Assembly: GCA_963666565.1 (NCBI GenBank)
Contig: OY762911.1
Location: 1,440,001-1,504,000 of the forward strand
Direction of reading: 5' to 3'
DNA length: 64,000 nucleotides
Origin: Thermoanaerobaculia bacterium
GTDB lineage: Bacteria > Acidobacteriota > Thermoanaerobaculia > Multivoradales > Multivoraceae
The notes under the pieces were generated by a model that saw nothing but the letters and a program-made list of their open reading frames with translations, had not been told where the DNA came from and ran no database searches. Below are positions 48,100-56,997 of this stretch, piece after piece. Both the position numbers and the translations under genes were made by a program. The first letter of the stretch is position 1; every line of letters begins with the position of its first letter.

Positions 48100-48233
48100 C
48101 GGGCCTGCTCCTGGGTTGGGGGATGCCGCAAGCGTATCCGGCCCGCGCGGGACGGCCGCGGCGCGCGGCCCATCCCGCGCGCGCTCCCGGGGGACCGGCG
48201 ACGCCGGGGCGCTCTGATACCGTGACGCCCGCC

Positions 48234-50006
48234 ATGAGCTGGCCCGCGACCACCGCCTGGCGCCCGCGGGTTCCCCGCGCGGTGAGCTGGCTGCTCGTTC
48301 CGCTCCTGCTTCTGGGAGCGGCCTGCGGCGGGCGCGACGCGGCGCCGGACGCCGCCGCATCCTGGCCGCTCTACGGCACGGCGCCCACGGCGCGCGGCGA
48401 GGCGGGCATGGTCGTCAGCGGCCACGGCCTCGCCTCCGACGTCGGCGCCGCGATCCTGGCGGAGGGCGGCAACGCGGTCGACGCGGCCGTCGCGGTCGGC
48501 TTCGCCCTGGCCGTCGTGCTGCCGTCCGCCGGCAACCTCGGCGGCGGCGGCTTCCTCGTCTACCGGTCGAGCGACGGCGACGCGCGCGCCCTGGACTACC
48601 GCGAGAAGGCGCCGGCCGCCGCCAGCCGGGACATGTTCCTGGACGACGAGGGCAAGGTGACGGAGGCGTCGGTCATCGGCCACCTCGCCGCCGGCGTCCC
48701 TGGCTCGGTGGCCGGCCTGTGGGAGATGCACCGGGAGTACGGCACGTTGCCCTGGGCCGACCTCGTCGCGCCGGCGGTCGAACTCGCCCGCGGCCACGAG
48801 ATCGACGAAGCCCGCTCCGGAAGCCTGGCCCGCGCGGCGTCGCGGCTCGAGCGCTTTCCCGCCAGTGCGGCCCAGTTCCTGGTCGACGGCGAGGCGCCGC
48901 CGCCGGGCACGGTCCTGGCCCAGCCCGACCTGGCCGCGACGCTGACCGCGATCGCGGAGCAGGGGCCGGACGGCTTCTACCGCGGTCCCGTCGCCGATCT
49001 GATCGTCGCCGAGATGGAACGGGGCGGCGGGCTCATCTCCCACCGGGACCTGGAGGACTACGCCCCGGTCTGGCGCGAGCCGGTCGTGGCCGAGTACCGG
49101 GGCCACACGATCTTCTCGATGCCCCCGGTCTCCTCGGGCGGACTCACCCTGGGCCTCATCCTGAACGTGCTGGAGGGCTGGGATCCGCTGCCGCCGTTCG
49201 GCAGCGCCGGCCTGGTGCACGTGGAGGCGGAGACGATGCGGCTCGCCTTCCGCGACCGCAACACCCTGCTCGGCGACCCGGACTTCATCGACATTCCCCG
49301 CGCGCAGTTCGAGTCCCAGGAGTACGCGGACGAACTGCGGGCGCGGATCGATCCCGAGCGCGCGACGCCGCTGCCGCCGATCGAGGCGGCGCCGCCGGCC
49401 GAGAGCGCCGAGACGACGCACTACTCCATCGTCGACCGCTGGGGCGCGGCGGCGTCCGTCACCACGACGATCAACGGCGCCTACGGGAACGCCGTCACGG
49501 TCGCCGGCGCCGGCTTCCTGCTGAACAACGAGATGGACGACTTCGCCGCGTCGCCGGGCCAGCCGAACCAGTTCGGGCTGGTCGAGGGCGAGAACAACGC
49601 GATCGTGCCCGGCAAGCGGATGCTCTCCTCGATGACGCCGAGCATCGTGCTCGACCCGGAAGGCGATCTGATGATGGTGGTCGGCACGCCGGGCGGCCCG
49701 ACGATCATCACCTCCGTCTACCACGCGATCTCGAACGTGATCGACCACGGGATGCCGCTCGACCGGGCGGTCGAGAGCCCGCGGGTGCATCATCAGGCGT
49801 GGCCGGACCGGATCTTCTACGAGGAGGAAGGGCTCGCCGCCGACGTGGTCCAGGAACTGGAGCGCCGCGGGCACCGGGTGGTCGGCCGGGGCCACAGCGG
49901 CGACGTCGCCGCCATCCTGGTGGAGGGGTCGAGCCTCGTCGGCGTGGCGGACCCGCGGCGAGGAGGCGGCGCCAGCGCGCCGGACTCGCCCGGCGACGCC
50001 GACTGA
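48234..50006 (+). CDS. ggt: Gamma-glutamyltransferase (lipoprotein)
   Basis: GGNAVDAAVA, GNLGGGGF, DYREKAP, ETTHYSIVD (Thr nucleophile), LLNNEMDDF, KRMLSSMTP and GTPGG motifs. Confidence 0.95.
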   Translation: MSWPATTAWRPRVPRAVSWLLVPLLLLGAACGGRDAAPDAAASWPLYGTAPTARGEAGMVVSGHGLASDVGAAILAEGGNAVDAAVAVGFALAVVLPSAGNLGGGGFLVYRSSDGDARALDYREKAPAAASRDMFLDDEGKVTEASVIGHLAAGVPGSVAGLWEMHREYGTLPWADLVAPAVELARGHEIDEARSGSLARAASRLERFPASAAQFLVDGEAPPPGTVLAQPDLAATLTAIAEQGPDGFYRGPVADLIVAEMERGGGLISHRDLEDYAPVWREPVVAEYRGHTIFSMPPVSSGGLTLGLILNVLEGWDPLPPFGSAGLVHVEAETMRLAFRDRNTLLGDPDFIDIPRAQFESQEYADELRARIDPERATPLPPIEAAPPAESAETTHYSIVDRWGAAASVTTTINGAYGNAVTVAGAGFLLNNEMDDFAASPGQPNQFGLVEGENNAIVPGKRMLSSMTPSIVLDPEGDLMMVVGTPGGPTIITSVYHAISNVIDHGMPLDRAVESPRVHHQAWPDRIFYEEEGLAADVVQELERRGHRVVGRGHSGDVAAILVEGSSLVGVADPRRGGGASAPDSPGDAD

Positions 50007-50031
50007 GGGGCCGGGTGGCCGTGGCCGGCGC

Positions 50032-53000
50032 ATGAACGGCCGGCGGATCTTCGCCGCGGTGACCGTCGGTCACCTCGGCATCGACATCTTCAACAGCATG
50101 GGGCCCGTGCTGCTGGCCTTCCTGCAGGCGCCGCTCGGTCTGAGCGCCGCGCAGATCGGCCTCGCGGTGGGCCTCTTCCAGGTCCTGGCCGGCACGACCC
50201 AGCCGGCGTTCGGCTGGCTGGTCGACCGGATCGGCAGCCGCTTCCTGGGTCCGCTCAGCGTCGCCGTCAACCTCGGCTGCGTGGCGCTCGCGGTCGCGGC
50301 CGCCGGCGCGACGGGCAGCTTCGTCCTGTTCCTCGTTCCGTTCGCGCTCGCCGCGGTCGCGTCGGGCGCCTTCCATCCGCTGGGCGTGATGCACTCCAGC
50401 ACGGTCAACCTGGCGCGCTCGGCCACGTTCACCGCCATCTTCTTCTTCTGCGGCCAGGTGGGGCTGACGACCGGGCCGGTCCTGGCCGGCCTCGCGCTGG
50501 ACCGCGCGGGGCTTGCCGGGATCTACTGGCTGGTGCTGATCGTCGCGCCGGTGCCGCTGTTCATGGCCTTCGCGATGGGGCCGCGGCGGGTCCATTCCGC
50601 GCCCGCCACGGCTCACCCGGGTGAGAGTCGGGCCGACGACGGCGTCGGCGACGCGGCGTCCGGCGGCCGGCTTCCCCTGCGGGTCGGCGCCGTCGCTCTG
50701 CTCGCGCTGGTCTTCGCCAGCCGGTCCTGGGCCGTGTTCGGGACGATCGCGTTTCTGCCCCTGCTGCTGAGCGGGTACGGCTACAGCTCCCTGGCCCAGG
50801 GGGTCGCCAGCGCGATGTTCCTGCTGGGCGGCGCCGTCACCGCGGTCTTCGCCGGCGCCTGGGCCGATCGCTGGGGCCGGCGCCCGGTCGTCTTTCTGAC
50901 CACGCTGCTCGGTTCGCTGCTGCTGGCCGTGTTGCCGGGCGCCGGCGGCTGGCTGTTCGCCGTCGTCCTGCCCTGCGGCGCGCTGCTGGGCGCCTCGCAC
51001 TCCATCCTGATCGTCACGGCCCAGTCGTTGCTGCCGTGGCGCCGGGGCCTGACCTCGGGGACGGCGCTCGGTTTCCTGTTCGCGACCGGCGGGATCGCCA
51101 CCTGGGCCATCGGCGAACTGGCCGACCGCTACGAACTGGCGACCGTGCTGCAGGCGGGGGCGATCGTCGGCTTGGTGTCCGCGGTCTCCTCCCTCCTCCT
51201 GCCGAGGCGGGGCCGGGCCCCGCTGGCGGCCGCGCCGGCGGTTTCGACGGCGCTCGTCGTCGCGGTCGCCGGCCTCACGCTGTTCGGCGCCCGTCCGGCG
51301 GCCGCCGGCCTGAACGGCGAGATCAACGGCCAGGTGCGCGACGCCGCGACCGACGTGCCGCTGGCGGGCGCGGAGATCAGGATCACGGGCGACCAGTTGC
51401 ACAGCACCCAGATCGTCCGCGCCGGCCGCGGCGGCAGCTACCGGGCGCCGGGCCTGCCTCCCGGCGACTACTACGTCGAGGCGAGCGTGGACGGCTACGC
51501 GACCTCCGTCGTCGAGAACCTGATCCTGGTCGCCGGCGGCGTGCTGCGGGTCGACTTCCGGATGAGGGCCGGCAGCGCCTCGGCGCTCGATCTCGTCACG
51601 TCGCCGCTGCTCGACGTGGTCACCGGCAGCGACGGCAACGTCCTCGCCGGCGACGACCTGCGCGAACTCCCTGGCGCCGCGGCGGCGTTCAACCTCGACC
51701 TGGCCTCCGGCCTCGACGGGCTGGACGGAGACGTGGCGGTCAACGGCTGGTCGCCCGGCTTCGCCACCTACCGGATCGACGGTCAGGAGAGCGCGGTCCG
51801 CGAACCGGACGCCGCTGGCATCGATCCTCGCTGGGTGGACCAGGTACGGGTCTGGACGATGGAACTGGCGGCCGCGATGGCCGGTCCGCACATCGACCTG
51901 ATCACGCGCTCGGGGGGGACCGAGTGGCGGGCCAACGGCGGCTGGTCGACGGTCGAGCCGCTCGACACAGGCAAGCGGCTGGCCCTGCGCCTGCTCGACG
52001 CCGGAGAGTCGCCGGCCGGCGGCAGGGACCGGAGACGCATCGAGGGCGACGAAGCGACCGTCTTCGCCGGCGGGCCGCTGCGGGACAAGCGGGCGCGCGC
52101 GTTCGGCGGCCATTCGAGAAGCCGCGCGCGCGGCACGGAGAACCTCTTCGGCGCGGGCGCGCCGCTGACCTGGGACGAGACGGTCGAACAGTCCGTCGGT
52201 AAGCTCGACTGGTGGGCCGGCTCGGCCAGCAACCTGACCCTCAAGCACCACAGCGCGGCCGGCGAGCTGGACGGCCGGCGACCGGCGCCGTTCGTTCTCC
52301 CGTCCGCGGACGGGAACGAGAGCGCCCGGTCGCGCCGGCAGACGACCAGCCTGAACGTGGAGTGGGGAATCACCGACCGGCTCTGGCTGCGCGTCTTCGG
52401 CGGGCGCTCCGACTTCACCGGGACGGGCGAACCGTGGCAGGACGCGGGGGCGTACTTCGCGGCGCCCGCGCCCGGCCGGGCGGCGGGCTGGTACGAGGCG
52501 GGTCCGGCGGGCCGGGTTCGGCGGGCGGTGGAGCGGCGGAACTGGGCGGTGGAACCGTCGTTCTTCTTCTTCGACCACACGCTGGAGGTCGGCGTGCAGA
52601 GCACGAAGGGCCGCCTGGATTTCGCCCGATCCGGACGCTCCGCGCGGATTCTGGAGTTGCCGGGCGGCCCGCTCGACACCTGGAGCGGCGATGGTGTCGG
52701 CGCTTACCGGCTCCGGCAGGAGAAACGCGCCGTCTACGTCCAGGACGCCTGGCGCGTTGGCGGCGCTTTCGAGCGGCGGCTGACGCTGCACGCGGGACTG
52801 CGCGCGGAAGAGGAAGAGGCGGGCCCGCTCGACCTTGAGTTCGAAGACCGCACGGAACCTCGGCTCGCGTTCGTCTGGGACGCCGCGGGCCGCGGCAGGT
52901 GGAAGGTCTACGGCGGCGCGGCGTGGTGGCACGTCGAGGTCTTCCGGCCGGGGGCGGGCCGCGCGGACGTCGACGCGGTCGCGGCCGTGGAAGCGGCCGG

Positions 53001-53988
53001 CGGCTACGGCGGCACGAGCCTCGACTTCGCACGGGCGGCGGTGGACCCTGACCTCCGTCCCGGCCGGGTGCGCGAAGTCCAGTTGGGTACGGTCTACCAG
53101 TTCCTGCCCGACGTCGTCATCTCGGCACGGGTCGCCCGGCGCCGGTTGCGGGACGGCATCCGCCTCCTGCCCGCGTTGGCCGGCGGCGAAGTCGTGCCGA
53201 CTCTGCTGACTCCCGGCCGCGGCGCCGGCCGGGCGCCCTGGGGCGAAGCCGGCGGGGAGCTTCCCCGGCTCGAGCAGAACTGGTGGGGCGCCGAACTGAA
53301 CGCTCATGTCGGCTTCAACCCCTCGTGGAGGATTCGCTTCTCGTACGTCCTGAGCCGGCTGACCGGCAACCACGAGGCCGGCGGACTCGGGCTCGGGCCG
53401 GGCGACCTGCCGGGCGCCCATCCGGCCCTTGCCGCGCTCGACCTGTGCTCCTCGCCCGTGCCCTGCGACGTGTTCGATGTCACGAACGACAGCCGCCGGC
53501 TGAGCCTCGACCGCGAGCACCAGCTCTCCGGCTGGCTCGTCCTCTCACCGGGCGAACGCTGGCAGATGGCCCTGGTCTACCGCTTCCGCACCGGCGCCGC
53601 CTACGTGCCGCGCGCCTTGGCGGTCCGGGTCGACGGGGAGAGCCGCATCCTCGGCGCCGGCCTGACTCCTTTGCCGTCCGGCGCGGACGGGCCGCTCAAG
53701 AGCGCCGATCTCAAGCGCGCCGACCTGTCTCTCACCTACCGCGTCCCGCTTCGCTCGGACGACCGGCGGCTGTCCCTCTTCGCCGAGGCCCTCAACGTCT
53801 TCGACCAGGACGCCGCGAACCAGCTCTGGCCGCTCGCCTGGCTCGACCCGGTCCTCGTCGGCCCGGGCCGTACCGACCTGCTCGCCGCCGCGGCAGCGCA
53901 GGGGGCAAGGCCGGATCCGCGCGAGTCGCTTCCCGCCGCCTTCCAGACCAGCCGCCGCGTACGCGCCGGTCTGCGCCTCCAGTTCTGA
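50032..53988 (+). CDS. MFS transporter (Fsr-like) fused to a TonB-dependent receptor-like outer-membrane protein
   Basis: aa 1-390: MFS with FGWLVDRIG and WADRWGRR motifs; aa 426 on: GEINGQVRD..TDVPLAGAEI / LPPGDY carboxypeptidase-regulatory-like domain, YVQDAW, LTLHAGLR, EALNVFD, C-terminal GLRLQF. Confidence 0.8.
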   Translation: MNGRRIFAAVTVGHLGIDIFNSMGPVLLAFLQAPLGLSAAQIGLAVGLFQVLAGTTQPAFGWLVDRIGSRFLGPLSVAVNLGCVALAVAAAGATGSFVLFLVPFALAAVASGAFHPLGVMHSSTVNLARSATFTAIFFFCGQVGLTTGPVLAGLALDRAGLAGIYWLVLIVAPVPLFMAFAMGPRRVHSAPATAHPGESRADDGVGDAASGGRLPLRVGAVALLALVFASRSWAVFGTIAFLPLLLSGYGYSSLAQGVASAMFLLGGAVTAVFAGAWADRWGRRPVVFLTTLLGSLLLAVLPGAGGWLFAVVLPCGALLGASHSILIVTAQSLLPWRRGLTSGTALGFLFATGGIATWAIGELADRYELATVLQAGAIVGLVSAVSSLLLPRRGRAPLAAAPAVSTALVVAVAGLTLFGARPAAAGLNGEINGQVRDAATDVPLAGAEIRITGDQLHSTQIVRAGRGGSYRAPGLPPGDYYVEASVDGYATSVVENLILVAGGVLRVDFRMRAGSASALDLVTSPLLDVVTGSDGNVLAGDDLRELPGAAAAFNLDLASGLDGLDGDVAVNGWSPGFATYRIDGQESAVREPDAAGIDPRWVDQVRVWTMELAAAMAGPHIDLITRSGGTEWRANGGWSTVEPLDTGKRLALRLLDAGESPAGGRDRRRIEGDEATVFAGGPLRDKRARAFGGHSRSRARGTENLFGAGAPLTWDETVEQSVGKLDWWAGSASNLTLKHHSAAGELDGRRPAPFVLPSADGNESARSRRQTTSLNVEWGITDRLWLRVFGGRSDFTGTGEPWQDAGAYFAAPAPGRAAGWYEAGPAGRVRRAVERRNWAVEPSFFFFDHTLEVGVQSTKGRLDFARSGRSARILELPGGPLDTWSGDGVGAYRLRQEKRAVYVQDAWRVGGAFERRLTLHAGLRAEEEEAGPLDLEFEDRTEPRLAFVWDAAGRGRWKVYGGAAWWHVEVFRPGAGRADVDAVAAVEAAGGYGGTSLDFARAAVDPDLRPGRVREVQLGTVYQFLPDVVISARVARRRLRDGIRLLPALAGGEVVPTLLTPGRGAGRAPWGEAGGELPRLEQNWWGAELNAHVGFNPSWRIRFSYVLSRLTGNHEAGGLGLGPGDLPGAHPALAALDLCSSPVPCDVFDVTNDSRRLSLDREHQLSGWLVLSPGERWQMALVYRFRTGAAYVPRALAVRVDGESRILGAGLTPLPSGADGPLKSADLKRADLSLTYRVPLRSDDRRLSLFAEALNVFDQDAANQLWPLAWLDPVLVGPGRTDLLAAAAAQGARPDPRESLPAAFQTSRRVRAGLRLQF

Positions 53989-53991
53989 CCG

Positions 53992-54155
53992 CCGGGTGCG
54001 CGGGTCTTCCGACCGCTGGGTGCGCGGGTCTTCCGACCCGCATCGGGCGAGCCGCGAAGCGGCGGAGCCCGGAGAATCGGGCCGCCGGCCAAAGGCCGGC
54101 GACGCTGCCGGTCGCCGCCTCCGGCGGCAGCGGGTCGGAAGACCCGCGCACCCGG
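53992..54155. repeat. REPIN-like cluster: two direct cores plus one inverted core
   Basis: Cores at 53992 and 54016 (+) and one ending at 54155 (-), between convergent genes. Confidence 0.88.
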
Positions 54156-54166
54156 TGTGGGGCGGC

Positions 54167-56917
54167 CTACACCAGTTCGCTCAGCCGCCGCAGCGCGGCC
54201 AGCAGGTCCGGCTGTTCCGTCAGCACGCCGCGGAGCGGGTCGGCCTTCAGCTCTTTCAGCCGCTCGGGCACGGTGCGGATGTTGTGGTCGCGCAGGTCGA
54301 GACCGGGCTTGACTTCCGACCAGCGAAGCGGCGTCGACACCGGCGCCGCGGGCAGCGGCCGGACGCTGAAAGGGGCCACGAGCAGCCGGCCTCGGCCGTT
54401 CTGGACGTAGTCGATGTAGACCTTGCCGGCGCGCCGTTCCGGGTTGCGGGTCACGGTGGCGATCTCGGGCAGTTCGCGGCAGACGATCTGGGCGATGAGC
54501 TGCCCCAGGCCGCGCGACTGCTCCCATGTGCAGGCGCCGCCGAGCGGCAGGAGCACGTGCAGGCCGCTCGAGCCGCTGGTCTTGACGAAGCTGGGCAGCT
54601 CGATCTTCCGGCACAGGCGGCGGATGGCGAGGGCGATTTCGATCACGTCCTCGAACGGGGCGTCCTTGGGGTCGAGGTCGAGGATGCACCAGTCGGGCTG
54701 GCCGAGCCGGTGCAGCCGGCTGGACCACACGTGGAGGACGATCGCGGCCAGGTTGGCCACGTAGAGGAGGCTCTCGCGGTTCTGGCAGACGAAGTACTCG
54801 ACGTCCTTGCCGGTCCGCGGGCTGGTCAGCCGGACCGTCTGGAGCCAGTCCGGCGCGAAGTCCGGCGCGTTCTTCTGGAAGAAGGACTTGCCGTCGATCC
54901 CGTCCGGGTAGCGGGTCATCACCAGGGGACGGTCGCTCAGGTAGGGCTGGATCGCCCCGGCGACGGCGGCGTAGAAGTCGATCAGATCGCCCTTTGCGTA
55001 GCCCTCGTCCGGCCAGAAGACCTTGGAGACGTTCGTGATCTCGACCCGGCGCTTGGGCGGCACGGGCGGGGCGGCGCTCTTCGCGCGCGGCCCGGCGCGC
55101 CGGACGCAGTCCCCGATCGGCTTGTCGTCCCGGCGCCGCAGGAAGACCGGATGCCGGAGCAGGCCGTGGGGCGTCCACTCCTTGAAGCGGACCTCGCAGA
55201 CCAGTTCGTCGTCCGGCTCGACCCAGGTCTGGTCGGCGATGCGGCCGCCCATGATGTGCTCGTCGGCGAGCGCGGCGCCGGCCGGCGTCGCGCGGCCGTC
55301 TCCGGCATCGCCGGCGCCGTCTTCGATGTCTCGGTTGCCGCGGTCGCCGCCGTCCGCCGCCACGGGCGCTCCGCACGGAGGGCTGTCGCGCCGTCTGGCC
55401 GTCAGGCGCTCCGTCAGTTGCGCGAGATCCGCGTCGCTGAATCCCGTGCCGACGCGCCCGGCGTAGACGAGCCCGCCTCGCGGTCCGCCGTCGCCGCTGG
55501 CGCCTTCCGCTCCCTCGACGGCCCCGGCCTCGGGGTCCCAGACCGCCAGGTGGAGCGAGCCGAAGCCGACCCGGCTGCCCTTGGGCGGCGACATGCCGAC
55601 GATGGCGAAGTCGGCGGTGCGCTCGGTCCGGAACTTGACCCAGGACGACGAGCGGCGGCCCACGTAGCGCGACGCGCCGTCCTTGGCCATCGCCCCCTCG
55701 AGACCCATGGCGGCGACCTGCTCGAAGAACGCCTCTCCCTGCTCCTCGATGTGGTCGGAGTAGCGAAGCGGACCGGCCGGCGGCAGCACCCTGGCAAGCA
55801 GGGCCTTGCGCTCCAGCAGCGGCAGCGGGCGCAGGTCGCGGCCCTCGAACGACACCAGGTCGAAGGCGAACAGGGTCGCCGGCTGGCGCACGGCGGCCCG
55901 CTCGATGTCGACCTGGCGGCTGAGCAGGCCGCGCTGCTGCAGCCGGGGGAAGCTCGGCCGGCCGCCGCCGTCGAGCACGACGACTTCGCCGTCGAGGACC
56001 AGGGACTGCGCCGGCAGCGCTCGCAGGGCGCGGGTCAGCTCCGGGTAGAGCGCGGTCACGTCGCCGCCGCGCCGGTAGCGCAGGAAGACGTCGCCGCCCT
56101 CCCTGGCGGCGATCAGCCGGTAGCCGTCGTGCTTCAGTTCGTAGATCCAGCCGGCGCGGGAGAAGGGCCGGTCGCCCGCCACCGCCAGCATCGGCGGCAG
56201 CGTCCGCGGGTCGACCCGGCGGCGCGGCGCCGCCGACGCCTCGATCTCCTCCCGCACCTCCTCGATCCGCTCGCAGCCGTCCCGCAGTTCCTCCACGGTC
56301 AGGCCCGAGAGCACGGACTCCTGCGGCAGGCCGTCTCCGGGGCCGGCGTCCCCGTCGCCGCCGGCAGGGTCGGTGTGCATGTCGCTGCCGGCCCGGTTCG
56401 CGCCGTCGTCGCTGCCGGCCGGCCGCGCCGCGGCGTCCGGCTTCTTCATGAGCAGCCACTGACTGCCGTCCTCGGCCTGCCGCCGGCCGCCGGTGCGGAA
56501 CAGCGTCCACACGCCGCGCAGCTTGTAGCCCCGCAGCTCGAACAGGAGCTTGCCGCTCTCCATGCCGGCCACCGGATCCTCGAGCGGGACCCAGCGTCCG
56601 CTGTCCCACACGATCATCGCGCCGGCGCCGTAGTTGCCGGCGGGGATCGAGCCCTCGAAGTCGGCGTACTCCAGCGGGTGGTCCTCGGTGGCCACCGCGA
56701 GCCGCTTGACCTCCGGGTCGAGGCTGGGGCCGCGCGGCACGGCCCAGGACTTGAGCGTGCCCTCGAGTTCCAGGCGCAGGTCGAAGTGGACGCGGCGAGC
56801 GGCGTGCTTCTGGACGACGAAGCGCCCGCCGCCGGCCGCGGCTCGAGAGCCCATCGGCTCGGGCGTCGCGTCGCCCGAACGCTTGCGGCGGTAGACCTCC
56901 AGATCGCCGTGCGGCAT
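54167..56917 (-). CDS. ligD: NHEJ DNA ligase D (phosphoesterase-ligase-polymerase)
   Basis: FVVQKHAARRVHFDLRLE (PE domain); YELKHDGYR and EGAMAK (ligase); RYPDGIDG, DLDP and KTSGSSGLH (Pol). Confidence 0.95.
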   Translation of the reverse strand: MPHGDLEVYRRKRSGDATPEPMGSRAAAGGGRFVVQKHAARRVHFDLRLELEGTLKSWAVPRGPSLDPEVKRLAVATEDHPLEYADFEGSIPAGNYGAGAMIVWDSGRWVPLEDPVAGMESGKLLFELRGYKLRGVWTLFRTGGRRQAEDGSQWLLMKKPDAAARPAGSDDGANRAGSDMHTDPAGGDGDAGPGDGLPQESVLSGLTVEELRDGCERIEEVREEIEASAAPRRRVDPRTLPPMLAVAGDRPFSRAGWIYELKHDGYRLIAAREGGDVFLRYRRGGDVTALYPELTRALRALPAQSLVLDGEVVVLDGGGRPSFPRLQQRGLLSRQVDIERAAVRQPATLFAFDLVSFEGRDLRPLPLLERKALLARVLPPAGPLRYSDHIEEQGEAFFEQVAAMGLEGAMAKDGASRYVGRRSSSWVKFRTERTADFAIVGMSPPKGSRVGFGSLHLAVWDPEAGAVEGAEGASGDGGPRGGLVYAGRVGTGFSDADLAQLTERLTARRRDSPPCGAPVAADGGDRGNRDIEDGAGDAGDGRATPAGAALADEHIMGGRIADQTWVEPDDELVCEVRFKEWTPHGLLRHPVFLRRRDDKPIGDCVRRAGPRAKSAAPPVPPKRRVEITNVSKVFWPDEGYAKGDLIDFYAAVAGAIQPYLSDRPLVMTRYPDGIDGKSFFQKNAPDFAPDWLQTVRLTSPRTGKDVEYFVCQNRESLLYVANLAAIVLHVWSSRLHRLGQPDWCILDLDPKDAPFEDVIEIALAIRRLCRKIELPSFVKTSGSSGLHVLLPLGGACTWEQSRGLGQLIAQIVCRELPEIATVTRNPERRAGKVYIDYVQNGRGRLLVAPFSVRPLPAAPVSTPLRWSEVKPGLDLRDHNIRTVPERLKELKADPLRGVLTEQPDLLAALRRLSELV

Positions 56918-56997
56918 CAGGCGTGCATTCTCCCAGAACGTCAAGGGAGCTTCACGGAATCCCGCGGAAGCGGTTTCAATGCTAGGATTTGCGGTCT

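Noticed and set aside
53992-54155. Tandem ~25-bp palindromic repeats as a CRISPR array (also 42891-42960)
   Set aside because: No unique spacers, only 2-3 units in mixed orientation, no cas genes; the same unit is dispersed intergenically.
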